64,000 nucleotides of DNA. It comes from Fimbriimonadales bacterium. Its GTDB lineage: Bacteria > Armatimonadota > Fimbriimonadia > Fimbriimonadales > JABRVX01. Both the position numbers and the translations under genes were made by a program. Below, piece by piece: positions 45,397 to 54,886 of this stretch (its first letter is position 1; every line of letters begins with the position of its first letter). The notes beneath the pieces are model-generated. The model saw nothing but the letters and a program-made list of their open reading frames with translations, made no database searches and was not told the DNA's origin. Where the stretch lies: positions 40,762 through 104,761 of the forward strand of contig BTVI01000003.1 in the NCBI GenBank assembly GCA_045862955.1, written 5' to 3'.

Positions 45397-45633
45397 TTAG
45401 CGTCGGCTCTTGTCGCCTGCACCAGGGAATGGTGGAGGCGTGCCGTACAGCTGATTGTTGTCCAGAACGTCTTTCGAGTTCGGGTCACTCGGCGGCATCA
45501 GGTTCGTGACGTCCGATGGGCTGTCCGTAGCAGGAGCCATGCGTACCGCAGCAAACCAGACCCCGACCCCGACTATCGCGAGGATGACGACGATACCAAT
45601 AACCTTACCCGCGGTGGTATCAAAGAAGCTCAT
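45397..45633 (-). CDS. Small single-pass membrane protein
   Basis: The 78-aa product has one TM helix (VIGIVVILAIVGVGVWFAAV) and a Pro-rich tail. It is wedged between two pseudopilin genes on the same strand. Confidence 0.45.
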   Translation of the reverse strand: MSFFDTTAGKVIGIVVILAIVGVGVWFAAVRMAPATDSPSDVTNLMPPSDPNSKDVLDNNQLYGTPPPFPGAGDKSRR

Positions 45634-45660
45634 AATAGCCTCCTTCTTCGAGAGGCGACC

Positions 45661-46563
45661 CTAATCCTGCAAGTCCCAAATGTACGCGGACTGGTCGCTG
45701 ATCAACCCGTCCCAGTTCTGAAGGCGAGAACACCCCGCAGTGAGTTCATCTGGCATCAAGCGCCGAACGTGGCCGTCGGCGAATACGACCGTGAACCCGC
45801 CGTTGTGCCAGTTCCACGCACCACCATAATAGTTGCTCGACTTCGGATCCGACTCCCATCCCTTCGGGGCCATTCGCCAATAGTATTCGTTCTGCCAGAC
45901 GACCCGTGGGAAAGTGTCCCGATTCACTGCGTTGGCAGCCAGATATCGGCAAGGAGGAACCACGACCCACTGACCCCCGCCGAATGGGCGACCTAGATGA
46001 TCCCGGCCCCACACGCTGTCCACGAAAACGAGCGTCCTCGCAGGGCTGGCGATGCTAGAAAAGCGGTTGGGAAACGCCATCCAGCCAAGCGTCACATCTC
46101 GCACGAGGGGTGAGAGGTACATGAAGTTGAACCCCAAGTTCGTTCGCAAGGACCGAACGTAAAACTCGCCCCAGTCGTCGTCAGGCGCCGCATCCACGTC
46201 GTCCCAACGCCCGACGCGAGCCGGTGTTGCACGTCCAGTGTCACCGGGGCATTCGAACACGTCTACCGACCTGGTGTACGGGTAGAGAACCTGGACCCAC
46301 GTTCGGTCGTCGGGGTCGACTCTCTCGGGGATGTAAGCGTGGTAATTGGTGGGCGGGAACCGATCGCTGTACTCGTCCATGTACATCCGCAGAGCCTTCA
46401 GCACAGCGCTGAAGTTCTCGGCGCACGAGGCACGGATCGCAGCACCGCGCGCAGCGCTCATGACAGGAAACAGCAGCGCCGCGAGGATGGCTATCACCGC
46501 CACGACGACGAGAAGCTCCACCAGCGAGAAGGCCTGCCGATGCCTCAGGTTATCGCCTCCCAC
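45661..46563 (-). CDS. Prepilin-type N-terminal cleavage/methylation domain protein, H-X9-DG family
   Basis: The N-terminus is FSLVELLVVVAVIAILAALLFPV. The C-terminus WHNGGFTVVFADGHVRRL fits H-X9-DG. Confidence 0.9.
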   Translation of the reverse strand: MGGDNLRHRQAFSLVELLVVVAVIAILAALLFPVMSAARGAAIRASCAENFSAVLKALRMYMDEYSDRFPPTNYHAYIPERVDPDDRTWVQVLYPYTRSVDVFECPGDTGRATPARVGRWDDVDAAPDDDWGEFYVRSLRTNLGFNFMYLSPLVRDVTLGWMAFPNRFSSIASPARTLVFVDSVWGRDHLGRPFGGGQWVVVPPCRYLAANAVNRDTFPRVVWQNEYYWRMAPKGWESDPKSSNYYGGAWNWHNGGFTVVFADGHVRRLMPDELTAGCSRLQNWDGLISDQSAYIWDLQD

Positions 46564-46744
46564 ACTCGATTCGAGAACAGTATATCAAAAGTCCCGGTTT
46601 TCTACAAGAGCCGCCGCGCAAGATGCTGCTGATTCGTACTCGCCGTCATCCCACTCCCAGCAAATTAATCGGTGCCAAGTAACCGAATCTCGATCACTCT
46701 TGAACCAGGAAGCCGCAGCCCTGGCTCGGCAGAGGCAGTCCACT

Positions 46745-47962
46745 TCATAGCACGAAGTGCCAGACGACGCCCGGAACGGTTCTCCTCGGGTGCGCAACGG
46801 CTCCGACCGAAAACCCCAATGGCCCCCTCCAGCCTGCGAAGAGAACTGGACCCCGTGTGGTCAAGAAGCCGCTCGCATAGAAGTCCCCGCGCGAGTTCGA
46901 GCGCCACAAGTCCAAGCCCGCCGCAACCTGCAGCCCAGACTCTCGATCGAGCATCAAGCCGATCCGAACCGTCGGAGCACCGATGGAACTCGGCGGCGAA
47001 TACGTTTCGCCAGAAAACCTCGCTGCGAAGAAGTCCGCAACCACTCGGAGTAGCCTGCGCTCCACGAAGACCGCTCCGTAGTGCCCCGTCTCCAGCCAGA
47101 GCATCGGGGGACTACCTAGTGCCTTGTGCAACTTCTCCGTGTCCGTCGCCGGAACTACCGTGTCGAACATCGCGCCAACCAGCAGAACGCGCTCGCCCAT
47201 CTCCGCGTTCACGTACGACAACGGTTCGACGTCCTTAAGGCGGGAACGCAAGCGCTCCTCCGTCCACCCGTTGCGACGCAACACCTCTCGGACGGAAATC
47301 GAAAGGGAGCTGTTCCACAGGATATGCGCAACATCTCCGCCCCCGAGCAGAAACACTCCGAACCGGAGCCTAGGCTCGGCTGCCATGCCTAGCGAAGCGA
47401 TGATGGCTCCGAGACTGACCCCTAGGACGCCGATGCGCTCTGCATCAATGAAGCTCTGAGCTTCCGCCCAGTCCACGGCACGCCGTAGGTCGGAAACTGA
47501 TTGGCGCACCATCTCCTCGAATGCGCCAACGTCGGGTCGCAGTGCCAGCGCCCCGCTGCGATACCCCGGCGGGCTGCGCTCAATGTGATAGGGAAGCGTG
47601 ACCAGCAGCGCCGCCATCCCGCGATCGTTCAGTCGCTTTGCGATGCGCTCCTCGAGGAAGTGGTCCGCGACGCCCAGCCCGTGCAACAGGATCACTGTGG
47701 GCATCGGTTCCTCGGCCCCCGCTGGGCGGATCAGCCGCGCTCGCACGATGTCGTTCTCCGGCCACTCGGTCTGATGTGCCGAGGGGAAGCTGACCTCCAA
47801 GAACCCTGCCTTCTGCACGGTCTGTGCATTGAACTCCTTGGGAGGCGCCGGAAATGTGTCGGCGGCGGACTGGCTCCATGCCGCTGCAACGCACAGCGCG
47901 GCCGCGGCAGGAAGCAGCGCACGGAGAGGTAACAGGATGGAAGATGCAGGAGGTGTCCCCAT
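46745..47962 (-). CDS. Secreted alpha/beta hydrolase
   Basis: It has the nucleophile elbow GVSLG, VILLHGLG, and Asp (MFDTVVP) and His (ETGHYG) candidates. A signal peptide follows the ATG at 47962; the ORF opens at GTG 47998. Confidence 0.7.
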   Translation of the reverse strand: MGTPPASSILLPLRALLPAAAALCVAAAWSQSAADTFPAPPKEFNAQTVQKAGFLEVSFPSAHQTEWPENDIVRARLIRPAGAEEPMPTVILLHGLGVADHFLEERIAKRLNDRGMAALLVTLPYHIERSPPGYRSGALALRPDVGAFEEMVRQSVSDLRRAVDWAEAQSFIDAERIGVLGVSLGAIIASLGMAAEPRLRFGVFLLGGGDVAHILWNSSLSISVREVLRRNGWTEERLRSRLKDVEPLSYVNAEMGERVLLVGAMFDTVVPATDTEKLHKALGSPPMLWLETGHYGAVFVERRLLRVVADFFAARFSGETYSPPSSIGAPTVRIGLMLDRESGLQVAAGLDLWRSNSRGDFYASGFLTTRGPVLFAGWRGPLGFSVGAVAHPRRTVPGVVWHFVL

Positions 47963-49937
47963 GATTGGCCTATTGATTGCCGCTCTCTCCTTGAGCACTC
48001 CCTTCGACGATGCCGCCTCCCGAGCCCTCTCCTCGGCCGGGCTGACGACCGAGACGGCGCGCTTCGATCAGAACCTGTTGCGCTTCTTCGATTTCGACGA
48101 GTTCGTTCTCGGCTCCTTCAGCGCGTATTGGGAAGCTCCGTGGCGGATCCCGACATTCGAGACCGGCATGACACAGCGTATCGTCGCAGCCATCGCGAAA
48201 CCCTCCGAGCTCCTGATGCTTACCGGAGTGCAGATCGGCATCGGTACGCGACGGACGCTCCTCGGCAATCCCATCTCCTCCATGGAGCAGTCGGCCGAGC
48301 AGAGCCCCGACTTCGCCTCGGCGCTTGCGGCTCTCGATGCTTCTGCCGGAGGAGTCGGCAGTGTCGAAAAGTTCCGCGCGGGCGCCGAAGCGGTGCCGAA
48401 GGAGGTCGCGAAAGCAGTAAGCCTTTTGGCGAACGCTGCATCGGCTGTCGTGAGGGCGCGCGAGGTGACCTTCGATGAAGTCGGCGGTCCGGCAAAGGCT
48501 TGGGACACGCTCGCCCGAGGGGACGACGAGAGCTTCGCAGCTGTGGATCGCAGTCTCCGGTTGGCTCGTGCGGTAGACCTCCGCTACATGACCTCGGCCG
48601 CAATCGACCTGACGATGGCTTGTGAGAAGGCGACCGAGTGGCTGCGTGCCGCTCCGAAAACGGACTTCCGGTACGAAGTGGAAACGGCTCTGGGTTGGGT
48701 CTGCCTCCGCGGTAACGGCTCGGATTCCTACGAGTCCCGCCCCTACTTCCTGATCATAGACCTTGCCGGTGACGACACCTACTTGGGTGGCGCTGCGACC
48801 ACATCGAGCGCGAACAGCATTAGCCTCCTCTTCGACATCGAAGGCAACGACCAGTACGTGTCGGACCAGTCCTTGGCCGGCGCAACCGTAGCCGGATCTC
48901 CACTTCGAAACAAGGGGGGCCCGTTGCCGACCACCGGAGGCGCGCTCTGCGGCGTCTCCGTGTTGTTCGACCTCGCCGGAAGGGACCTATACCGCTCGGT
49001 CGCGATGGGGCAAGGCGCAGCGCACTACGGCGTCTCCGTTGTCTGGGACCGCGCAGGCAACGACACTTACGACGGCTACACCCGCTGCCAGGGCTTCGCA
49101 GAACACGGCATCGGCATCTTAGCCGACACCGCAGGCACCGACACCTACGCCTGCTTCAGCCAGGCTCAGGGATGCGGACTGACACGCGGATTCGGCTTGC
49201 TCGCAGACGGGGCCGGTAACGACCGGTACGCAGCAAACGACACCCGGATCGACTTTCCCTCGCCTCAGACGAAGGAGCACAACGTCAGTATGGCGCAGGG
49301 TTGCGGCTTCGGCAGGCGTGCCGACTACAGCGACGGGCACTCCCTCGGGGGCGGTTTTGGCGTGCTCTGCGACGTGAGCGGCGACGATCGGTACTCTTGC
49401 GGGGTGTTCGGCCAGGGAGTCGGATACTGGAAGGCGGTCGGGCTGCTTGCCGACCTGGCGGGTAGCGACGTGTACCAGGGCATCTGGTACGTGCAGGGAG
49501 CGTGCGCTCACTTCGCCATCGGGATCCTGCACGATTACGAGGGTGAGGACCAATACGAGGCGACGATGAACATGGCGCAGGGCGCGGGTCACGACTTCTC
49601 CATCGGCCTGCTGCTCGATGGGGCGGGGAACGACCGCTACCGGGCGCCGAACCTGTCGCTCGGCGGGGGAAACGCCAATGGCATCGGCATCTTCGTGGAT
49701 TTCGCCGGCGACGACGAGTATCGAAGCAGTGGCACCACCCTGGGCAAGGCGAATGCCTCCGCAGGCGGCGTGCGGGACATCGCCCTCTGCCTCGGAGTCT
49801 TCATGGACCTCGGCGGAAACGACACCTACCCGGACGGCAGTCCCTGGGCGAAGAACGGGGCCGAGGCCGTGAACTGGACGACACAACGGGCCAAGCCCTC
49901 GGAGTCGCAGGTCGGGGTGTTCGTGGACCGACAGTAG
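47961..49937 (+). CDS. Secreted repeat protein (~11 units of a ~25-30-aa G-x-G...L-x-D-x-x-G-x-D-x-Y motif; beta-helix-like), function unknown
   Basis: ATG 47961 lies 5 nt after GCAGGAGGTG. The repeats are read from the translation, for example LLADGAGNDRY, ILADTAGTDTY, VVWDRAGNDTY and FVDFAGDDEY. Confidence 0.7.
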   Translation: MIGLLIAALSLSTPFDDAASRALSSAGLTTETARFDQNLLRFFDFDEFVLGSFSAYWEAPWRIPTFETGMTQRIVAAIAKPSELLMLTGVQIGIGTRRTLLGNPISSMEQSAEQSPDFASALAALDASAGGVGSVEKFRAGAEAVPKEVAKAVSLLANAASAVVRAREVTFDEVGGPAKAWDTLARGDDESFAAVDRSLRLARAVDLRYMTSAAIDLTMACEKATEWLRAAPKTDFRYEVETALGWVCLRGNGSDSYESRPYFLIIDLAGDDTYLGGAATTSSANSISLLFDIEGNDQYVSDQSLAGATVAGSPLRNKGGPLPTTGGALCGVSVLFDLAGRDLYRSVAMGQGAAHYGVSVVWDRAGNDTYDGYTRCQGFAEHGIGILADTAGTDTYACFSQAQGCGLTRGFGLLADGAGNDRYAANDTRIDFPSPQTKEHNVSMAQGCGFGRRADYSDGHSLGGGFGVLCDVSGDDRYSCGVFGQGVGYWKAVGLLADLAGSDVYQGIWYVQGACAHFAIGILHDYEGEDQYEATMNMAQGAGHDFSIGLLLDGAGNDRYRAPNLSLGGGNANGIGIFVDFAGDDEYRSSGTTLGKANASAGGVRDIALCLGVFMDLGGNDTYPDGSPWAKNGAEAVNWTTQRAKPSESQVGVFVDRQ

Positions 49938-50105
49938 CTAGGCTTGCGTGCTTTCGGCTCCCGGGTGCCGGCATTTCGGGCTCGATCGCACGACGGGTGG
50001 CGGATGGCATTTAGCTTGCCGAAGATTCTGATGGAGAGCTAGCCGGCGAATGTGGGAGCCCTGCGCTCATGCCGACACTTCCAGACTTGACCGACGGTCA
50101 ATCCA

Positions 50106-50141
50106 AGCGCGAAAGGCCAGCCGGGGGAGGCCTTTCGCGCT
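50106..50141. terminator. 13-bp perfect hairpin in the 445-nt convergent intergenic region
   Basis: The stem is agcgcgaaaggcc (50106-50118) / ggcctttcgcgct (50129-50141) with a 10-nt loop, followed by ctctattct. Confidence 0.4.
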
Positions 50142-50382
50142 CTCTATTCTGCCCCCCGTCGTGCACAGACCGGAGACATAGGGCTACTACAGGTGTTCCG
50201 GAGGCATTCGAGCCCGTCTGCGCTCTCTGCGGCACTTGGCGTGCTCTGCGTGAGAACCGACCCCAGGGCCTTGCTCTCGAAGCGGCCGAGAACCGCCACT
50301 GCACGGCTCAGGTGGTCGCCAAAAGCTCGCAAAGGGATCTGCCAGGATCGCAGGCGCCATCGCCGCAGTCGCCGCCGGTGCA

Positions 50383-52074
50383 TCACACCCGACGAGACGC
50401 CACCCACGCCTCCACGCGCTTGCGCAGGACCGACAAAGGCATCGGGCCCGCCAACAATAGCACCTCGTGGAACTCCTTCAGATCGAACCGTTCACCGAGT
50501 GCATCGGTAGCGTTTCGGCGGAGCTTCTGAATCTCGATCTCGCCGATCTTGTACGCCACGGCCTGTCCTGGCCAAGCGATGTAACGGTCTATCTCGTTCA
50601 CCACGTCCAGCTCGGTCTTGGGTGAGTTCTCTAGGAAATAGTCGATCGCCTGTTGCCGCGTCCACCGCTTCCAATGAATGCCGGGGTCCACCACCAGCCG
50701 AATCGCGCGCCATATCTCATAGGTCAGGCGTCCGAACTCCGCATAGGGATTGTCGTACAGCCCCAACTCATGGCCCAGCGACTCCGCGTATAGCGCCCAA
50801 CCTTCGATGTATGCCGTCCAGTGCCCGTGGCGCCGAAAATCGGGAAGGTCCTTCAACTCCATCGCCAGTGCGATCTGGAAGTGGTGCCCAGGAACCGCTT
50901 CGTGCATGGACAGCGCCGGAATCTCGTGCGTGGGTCGCGACTCGGGCTGGTACAGGTTCACGCGATAGGAACCGGCACGCGACCCGTCGTCAGCGGGCGG
51001 CTGGTAGTACGCTGCCGTGGTGTCGGGCGCGACCGCCTCGGGGATGGGATCCACGCCGTACGGCATGCGCGGAATGGTTCGAAATACCTTCACCAACAGC
51101 GGGTCGATCCGCTTTGCGAAAGCGCGGTACGCGGTGAGAAGGTCCTCGGCTGTCTCGTGAAAGAAACGCGGATCGGTCCGAAGGAACTCGAAGAACTCCT
51201 TCATGCTGCCCGTGAAGCCCGACTCTTGCTTCACCTTCTCCATCTCTGCCCGAATGCGCGCGACCTCTTGCAGGCCCGTCTCGAACACCTCGTCGGGTGT
51301 CATGTCCGTCGTGGTGTACTTGCGAACGAAGTGGCGATAGATCTCCTCGCCGCCGGGCATCTGCCATGCCCCGGCCTGCTCGTAGCAGCCCGGCAGGTAC
51401 TCCTCGTTCACGAAGGCAAGCAGCTTGCGATAGGACGGAACCACACACCCCACGATCGCGTTGCGTGCTGCCTGCCGGAGCCTGCCGGATTCTGCGTCGG
51501 AGAGCCCGGGCATGGCGACGAAGGGGCGGTAGAAGCGGCTCTGCTCGGCGTCGTCTACGATCTGGCTCTCGACTTGCCTCGGCACGCGCTGCATCACCAC
51601 GCGTGAGTGCTTGATGCCGCACCGCAACCCCTCGCGCAACAAGGAGATGGTCTGGTCCATGAGCGTAGGCAGCGCCTCCAGCCGCGCGATCCAGTCGTCG
51701 TAGTCTTTGGCGCAACCGAAAGAAAGCTGCTCGGAAAAGTTGTCTAGCGTTTGGATTCCCCCGCGTGCGTCCAGCGCGATGTAGCGCCAGTTCGTGGAGT
51801 ACTCGTCCGCCGCGGTCTTCTGCTCATCCTGGAACAGGTCATAGTTCAGCTGGTCCTCAGGGGAGAGTGCGGAGCGGTCAATCGCCTCGAGCCTTGCAAG
51901 GTTCTCCAGCGTGTGCTCGTGCCGAGCCTTGAAGCCTTCCTCGCTATGGTCGGTCCAGCGATCGTTGTAGCGCTTGTCACCTAGGTACGAGGCCCACTCG
52001 GGGTGGGCGCGCATGCGGTGCTCCCAGTCCTCGCGAAACAGCTCGTGCAGTGCGCGTGTGGCATCGTTGCTCAT
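50383..52074 (-). CDS. DUF885 family protein (metallopeptidase-like HExxPGHH)
   Basis: It has the MHEAVPGHHFQ motif and typical length and layout. ATG 52074 (MSNDATRALHELF) was chosen within the longer ORF. Confidence 0.8.
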   Translation of the reverse strand: MSNDATRALHELFREDWEHRMRAHPEWASYLGDKRYNDRWTDHSEEGFKARHEHTLENLARLEAIDRSALSPEDQLNYDLFQDEQKTAADEYSTNWRYIALDARGGIQTLDNFSEQLSFGCAKDYDDWIARLEALPTLMDQTISLLREGLRCGIKHSRVVMQRVPRQVESQIVDDAEQSRFYRPFVAMPGLSDAESGRLRQAARNAIVGCVVPSYRKLLAFVNEEYLPGCYEQAGAWQMPGGEEIYRHFVRKYTTTDMTPDEVFETGLQEVARIRAEMEKVKQESGFTGSMKEFFEFLRTDPRFFHETAEDLLTAYRAFAKRIDPLLVKVFRTIPRMPYGVDPIPEAVAPDTTAAYYQPPADDGSRAGSYRVNLYQPESRPTHEIPALSMHEAVPGHHFQIALAMELKDLPDFRRHGHWTAYIEGWALYAESLGHELGLYDNPYAEFGRLTYEIWRAIRLVVDPGIHWKRWTRQQAIDYFLENSPKTELDVVNEIDRYIAWPGQAVAYKIGEIEIQKLRRNATDALGERFDLKEFHEVLLLAGPMPLSVLRKRVEAWVASRRV

Positions 52075-52192
52075 GCTCGGCCCTCCTGGTCTAGGGCCGG
52101 AGTGTACCCAGGCCCGGGAGAGCCGTCGGAAGGAGGCTGAGCGTGCTGAAGCGAAGGGAGGACCCAGACATCGAGCCAACGGAGTTGCCCCT

Positions 52193-53296
52193 ATGATCGG
52201 TCACACCACCCTGTCGAACCTCGCTACCCTTCGGAAGTACACCTCGCGCCGAGCATCCAGCTACGACGTGGAGGGCAAGAACGCCGACGCCTGGCGCCTG
52301 AAGCCCGGCGAGTGCCGCGAGATCATGGTCACCGACAAGCCAGGTTGCATCAAGCACATCTGGTCCACCCTCGGACCCGAGGGACCGGAGTATGCCTACC
52401 CGCGCAAGATCGTGATCCGCATGTACTGGGACGGCGAGCAGACACCCAGCGTCGAAGCACCTATCGGCGACTTCTTCGGCATGGGGCATGGGATGTTGAA
52501 GGACTTCGTCAGCGCGCCACTGCAGATGGGTCCTTCCGGAGGACGGGGAATGAACTGCTGGTTCCCCATGCCGTTCAACTCTGCTCGCATCACCGTAACC
52601 AACGAGTGCTCGGTGGACCTCCACCTGTTCTTCTATATAGACTACGAGGAGTACGACGCACCGCACGGACCCGAGATCGCGCGCTTCCACGTACAGTGGC
52701 GAAGGGAGAACCCGACCCAAGGTTGGCTGACCACCCGGCTAGGCCCCGGACGCATGGAGCCTTGGCAAACCCCGAACCTGAGCGACAAAGACAACTATCT
52801 GATTCTGGAGGCGACCGGCGAGGGCCATTACGTGGGATGTCACCTAGACATAGATTGCTTCCAACGACAGGGCAACGACTGGTACGGTGAGGGCGACGAC
52901 ATGATCGTGATAGATGGCGAGCCGTGGCCGCCGCGCATGCATGGCACCGGCACCGAAGACTACTTCTGCATGGCCTACTGCCCGCAGACGGAGTACTGCG
53001 CACCCTACCACGGCCTAATCCTATACTCCGGGAACAAAGACTGGCCCTTCAAGGGCAAGAACTCGATGTATCGCTACCACATCGAAGACCCGGTGCGTTT
53101 CACCAAATCCATCCGTGTTAGTATCGAGCACGGGCACGCGAACAAGCTGTCCTACGACTACTCGAGTACGGCGTATTGGTATCAGGTGGAGCCGCACGGT
53201 CCGTTCCCGGTGCTCCTGCCTGTCGAGGAGCGACTTCCCCGACCCAACGAGCCGGGTTTCCCCGATAACTCCGTTCCCATACCGCCCTCGATTTAG
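52193..53296 (+). CDS. DUF2961 / GH172 family glycoside hydrolase
   Basis: It contains IRMYWDGEQTPSVEAPIGDFFGMGHG...GMNCWFPMPFNSARITVTNE, which is the DUF2961 hallmark. ATG 52193 was chosen to avoid overlap with the divergent gene. Confidence 0.75.
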   Translation: MIGHTTLSNLATLRKYTSRRASSYDVEGKNADAWRLKPGECREIMVTDKPGCIKHIWSTLGPEGPEYAYPRKIVIRMYWDGEQTPSVEAPIGDFFGMGHGMLKDFVSAPLQMGPSGGRGMNCWFPMPFNSARITVTNECSVDLHLFFYIDYEEYDAPHGPEIARFHVQWRRENPTQGWLTTRLGPGRMEPWQTPNLSDKDNYLILEATGEGHYVGCHLDIDCFQRQGNDWYGEGDDMIVIDGEPWPPRMHGTGTEDYFCMAYCPQTEYCAPYHGLILYSGNKDWPFKGKNSMYRYHIEDPVRFTKSIRVSIEHGHANKLSYDYSSTAYWYQVEPHGPFPVLLPVEERLPRPNEPGFPDNSVPIPPSI

Positions 53297-53355
53297 GCGA
53301 AGTGTCCGCAGGAAGAGCCAGCGCACACGCGAACGTGCGAAGAGGGGAGGATGCC

Positions 53356-54276
53356 ATGGACAAGCCCATTCACGACTTCTGCAGGCTCGGTATCGTGCAC
53401 TTCATGGCCTTTCCGCAGTGCATGAAGGGGGAGGGGCCGATCTTGGAGACCGTGACGCGGATCGCCGAGGACCCCTTCTTCACTGCCGTCGAGATCACGT
53501 GGATTAGAGACGACACGGTGCGGGATCAGGTCCGGCGCGTGCTTCGAGACGCCGGTTGTGCTTACACCTACGGCGCGCAGCCCCCGCTGCTCAGCCAAAA
53601 GCTGGACCTGAACCATCCCGAGCCTGCAGAGCGCAACCGCGCGATTGCCCAAGTGCTAGAGTGTGCGGGCGAGGCCGCCGATGTAGGCGCATCAGCGGTC
53701 GCCGTCCTTAGCGGCAAGGTGCCGGAGGACGGAGACGTCCCAGCGGCCGAGCAGCGTCTCGCCGACTCGTTAATCCAGATAGGCGAACGAACCGAGCGCC
53801 TCGGCATCGGCCTCACACTCGAGACCTTCGATTGCCAGCCATTCGGCAAGAACTGTCTTATCGGCCCGACGCACAACGCAGTCCGGCTCGCGGAGACAGT
53901 GAAGAAGCAGGTGCCTCGCTTCGGGTTGATGCTGGACCTCTCACACCTCCCGCTGCTCGACGAGACGCCACGCCAAGCTCTGGGTGCAGCCAAGGAGCAC
54001 CTCGTTCACGCGCACATGGGCAACTGCCTCTTCAGCGACCCGAACCATCCCGCATACGGCGACGAGCACCCGTTCTTCGGCGCTGAGGGCTCGTGTAACG
54101 GAGCCGCCGAACTGGCCGAGTATCTGCGCGCGCTGATGGAAGTCGGGTACCTTGCGCCGGGCGGCCAACGGATCCTCAGCTTCGAGGTTAAGCCTATCGT
54201 GACTTGGGGGCAGACGTCCGAAGACGCCATTCAGAACTGCAAGGACACCCTCGCCGCGGCATGGGTGATGGTATAG
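53356..54276 (+). CDS. Sugar phosphate isomerase/epimerase (xylose-isomerase-like TIM barrel)
   Basis: ATG follows GAGGGGAGGA. It contains ..LTLETFD.., MLDLSHL and VHAHMGN, which resemble the metal-ligand pattern of the family. Confidence 0.5.
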   Translation: MDKPIHDFCRLGIVHFMAFPQCMKGEGPILETVTRIAEDPFFTAVEITWIRDDTVRDQVRRVLRDAGCAYTYGAQPPLLSQKLDLNHPEPAERNRAIAQVLECAGEAADVGASAVAVLSGKVPEDGDVPAAEQRLADSLIQIGERTERLGIGLTLETFDCQPFGKNCLIGPTHNAVRLAETVKKQVPRFGLMLDLSHLPLLDETPRQALGAAKEHLVHAHMGNCLFSDPNHPAYGDEHPFFGAEGSCNGAAELAEYLRALMEVGYLAPGGQRILSFEVKPIVTWGQTSEDAIQNCKDTLAAAWVMV

Positions 54277-54289
54277 GAGGAACCGTATC

Positions 54290-54871
54290 ATGATGCTCGT
54301 CGTTTCGCTCGATGACTTCCTCGAGGCGATCAAGCGCCACGATCCGACTGGACAGCGCACCGTGTACCGGCACGTGACCAATATCCCCTCCGCTGCGGGC
54401 TCCAGCTCGTTGTTCGGCGGCGGTCCGTCCAACCAGGGCCATATACTCCACGTGACTTACGGGGTGCCGCGGGAGGGGTTCGTCATCGCCGCAGAGGGCC
54501 TCGTCGGTTCCATGCAGGAGGTATCCGACTTCGAGTACACCCTGAAACAGCACGGCATCACGGTGGTAGAGGGGGTTTGGATGGACCAGCCACCGCAAGG
54601 TGCCCGCCAGCCTGCCGCCGAGCGAGTGGCCCCCACAGGCCAATATTGGGTCGCTGCCGTCGCCTATCAGAGTGCCGAGGACGAGCCCGGCCTGTGGATG
54701 GACGCGTTCGACCGCGAACCCAACGAGGAAGAGGTGCTGCGGGCTATGTATGACGAGTTCGTGCGCTCGGGCGACCTGGTGGATGCCAGTTACGAGGACT
54801 TCGTGACAGAAGCCACCCCCACCGTGCAGATTGCAAGCGCCCGCGACATCCAGGAGTGGATGAGGCAGTAG
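54290..54871 (+). CDS. Hypothetical protein
   Basis: The 193-aa ORF lies 13 nt after the preceding gene. I recognise no family. Confidence 0.5.
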   Translation: MMLVVSLDDFLEAIKRHDPTGQRTVYRHVTNIPSAAGSSSLFGGGPSNQGHILHVTYGVPREGFVIAAEGLVGSMQEVSDFEYTLKQHGITVVEGVWMDQPPQGARQPAAERVAPTGQYWVAAVAYQSAEDEPGLWMDAFDREPNEEEVLRAMYDEFVRSGDLVDASYEDFVTEATPTVQIASARDIQEWMRQ

Positions 54872-54886
54872 CCCTTAGCTCTGAGC

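Noticed and set aside
50069-50530. ORFs in the 445-nt convergent gap (50069-50530 +, 50144-50407 -)
   Set aside because: Their composition is not protein-like (Arg/Pro/Ser-rich), they have no RBS, and one runs into the DUF885 gene antisense. The region is better explained as non-coding DNA with a 13-bp hairpin.
51974-52192. N-terminal 73-codon extension of the GH172 ORF, and similar extensions at 7873-8028, 10848-10883, 13842-13865 and 53302-53355
   Set aside because: The extensions overlap the divergent or neighbouring gene or lack protein-like sequence. Internal ATGs with good RBSs or family-typical N-termini were preferred.
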